A stretch of DNA of 20,000 nucleotides from Mesotaenium endlicherianum (Eukaryota). Position 1 is the first letter of the stretch. Each line of letters starts with the position of its first letter. Location: NCBI GenBank assembly GCA_009602735.1, contig WELA01000853.1, positions 70,130 through 90,129 of the forward strand, in the 5' to 3' direction. Made by a program: the position numbers and the translations under genes. Positions 19,773 to 20,000 of this stretch are shown here, in pieces. The notes under the pieces are model-generated. The model was given only the letters and a program-made list of their open reading frames with translations, was not told the origin of the DNA and ran no database searches.

Positions 19773-20000
19773 GTGCGCCCGCCCGCCCACCTGCCTTTCT
19801 GCCTGCCTGACCGCCCGCCCGCCCGCCCGCCTGCCTGCCTGTCTGCTCCTCCCCTCTCTCTGCTCCCTCCTCTCTCCTCTCTCCCTCTCTTCTCCCTCCC
19901 CTTGTCCCCCCCACCAGGGCCCGTCTCTCCAGCTCCACCTTCCGGCTTGGGTGCTGCTGCGTCTGTTGTTGCAGCAATTGGCGCTTGGTTGTCTGCAGTG

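Noticed and set aside
19918..20000. Possible sixth monooxygenase exon after a pyrimidine tract and CAG
   Set aside because: The acceptor is plausible, but the peptide has no recognisable motif and the window ends.

Overview
Eukaryotic, draft-quality sequence with two N gaps; a green alga or streptophyte origin is inferred from the element types and the GC- and microsatellite-rich introns. The left ~12.9 kb is a nest of decayed transposons. A DIRS-type tyrosine-recombinase (YR) retrotransposon (gag, RT/RNase H/methyltransferase, YR; minus strand) has its YR gene cut by a 718-bp LTR followed by a tRNA-iMet primer binding site (PBS). Further left lie an internally deleted piggyBac, a chromodomain-bearing Ty3/gypsy pol, and an unexplained ~447-codon degenerate ORF downstream of that pol. 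Two independent insertions of one ~240-bp MITE (8-bp target site duplications) sit upstream of a multi-exon FAD-dependent monooxygenase gene (kynurenine 3-monooxygenase-like) that runs off the right edge. The most unusual signals are three covarying stem-loops with an identical GACAA loop between DIRS gag and pol, a DIRS RNase H lacking recognisable catalytic residues, and the extra ORF behind the chromovirus pol.
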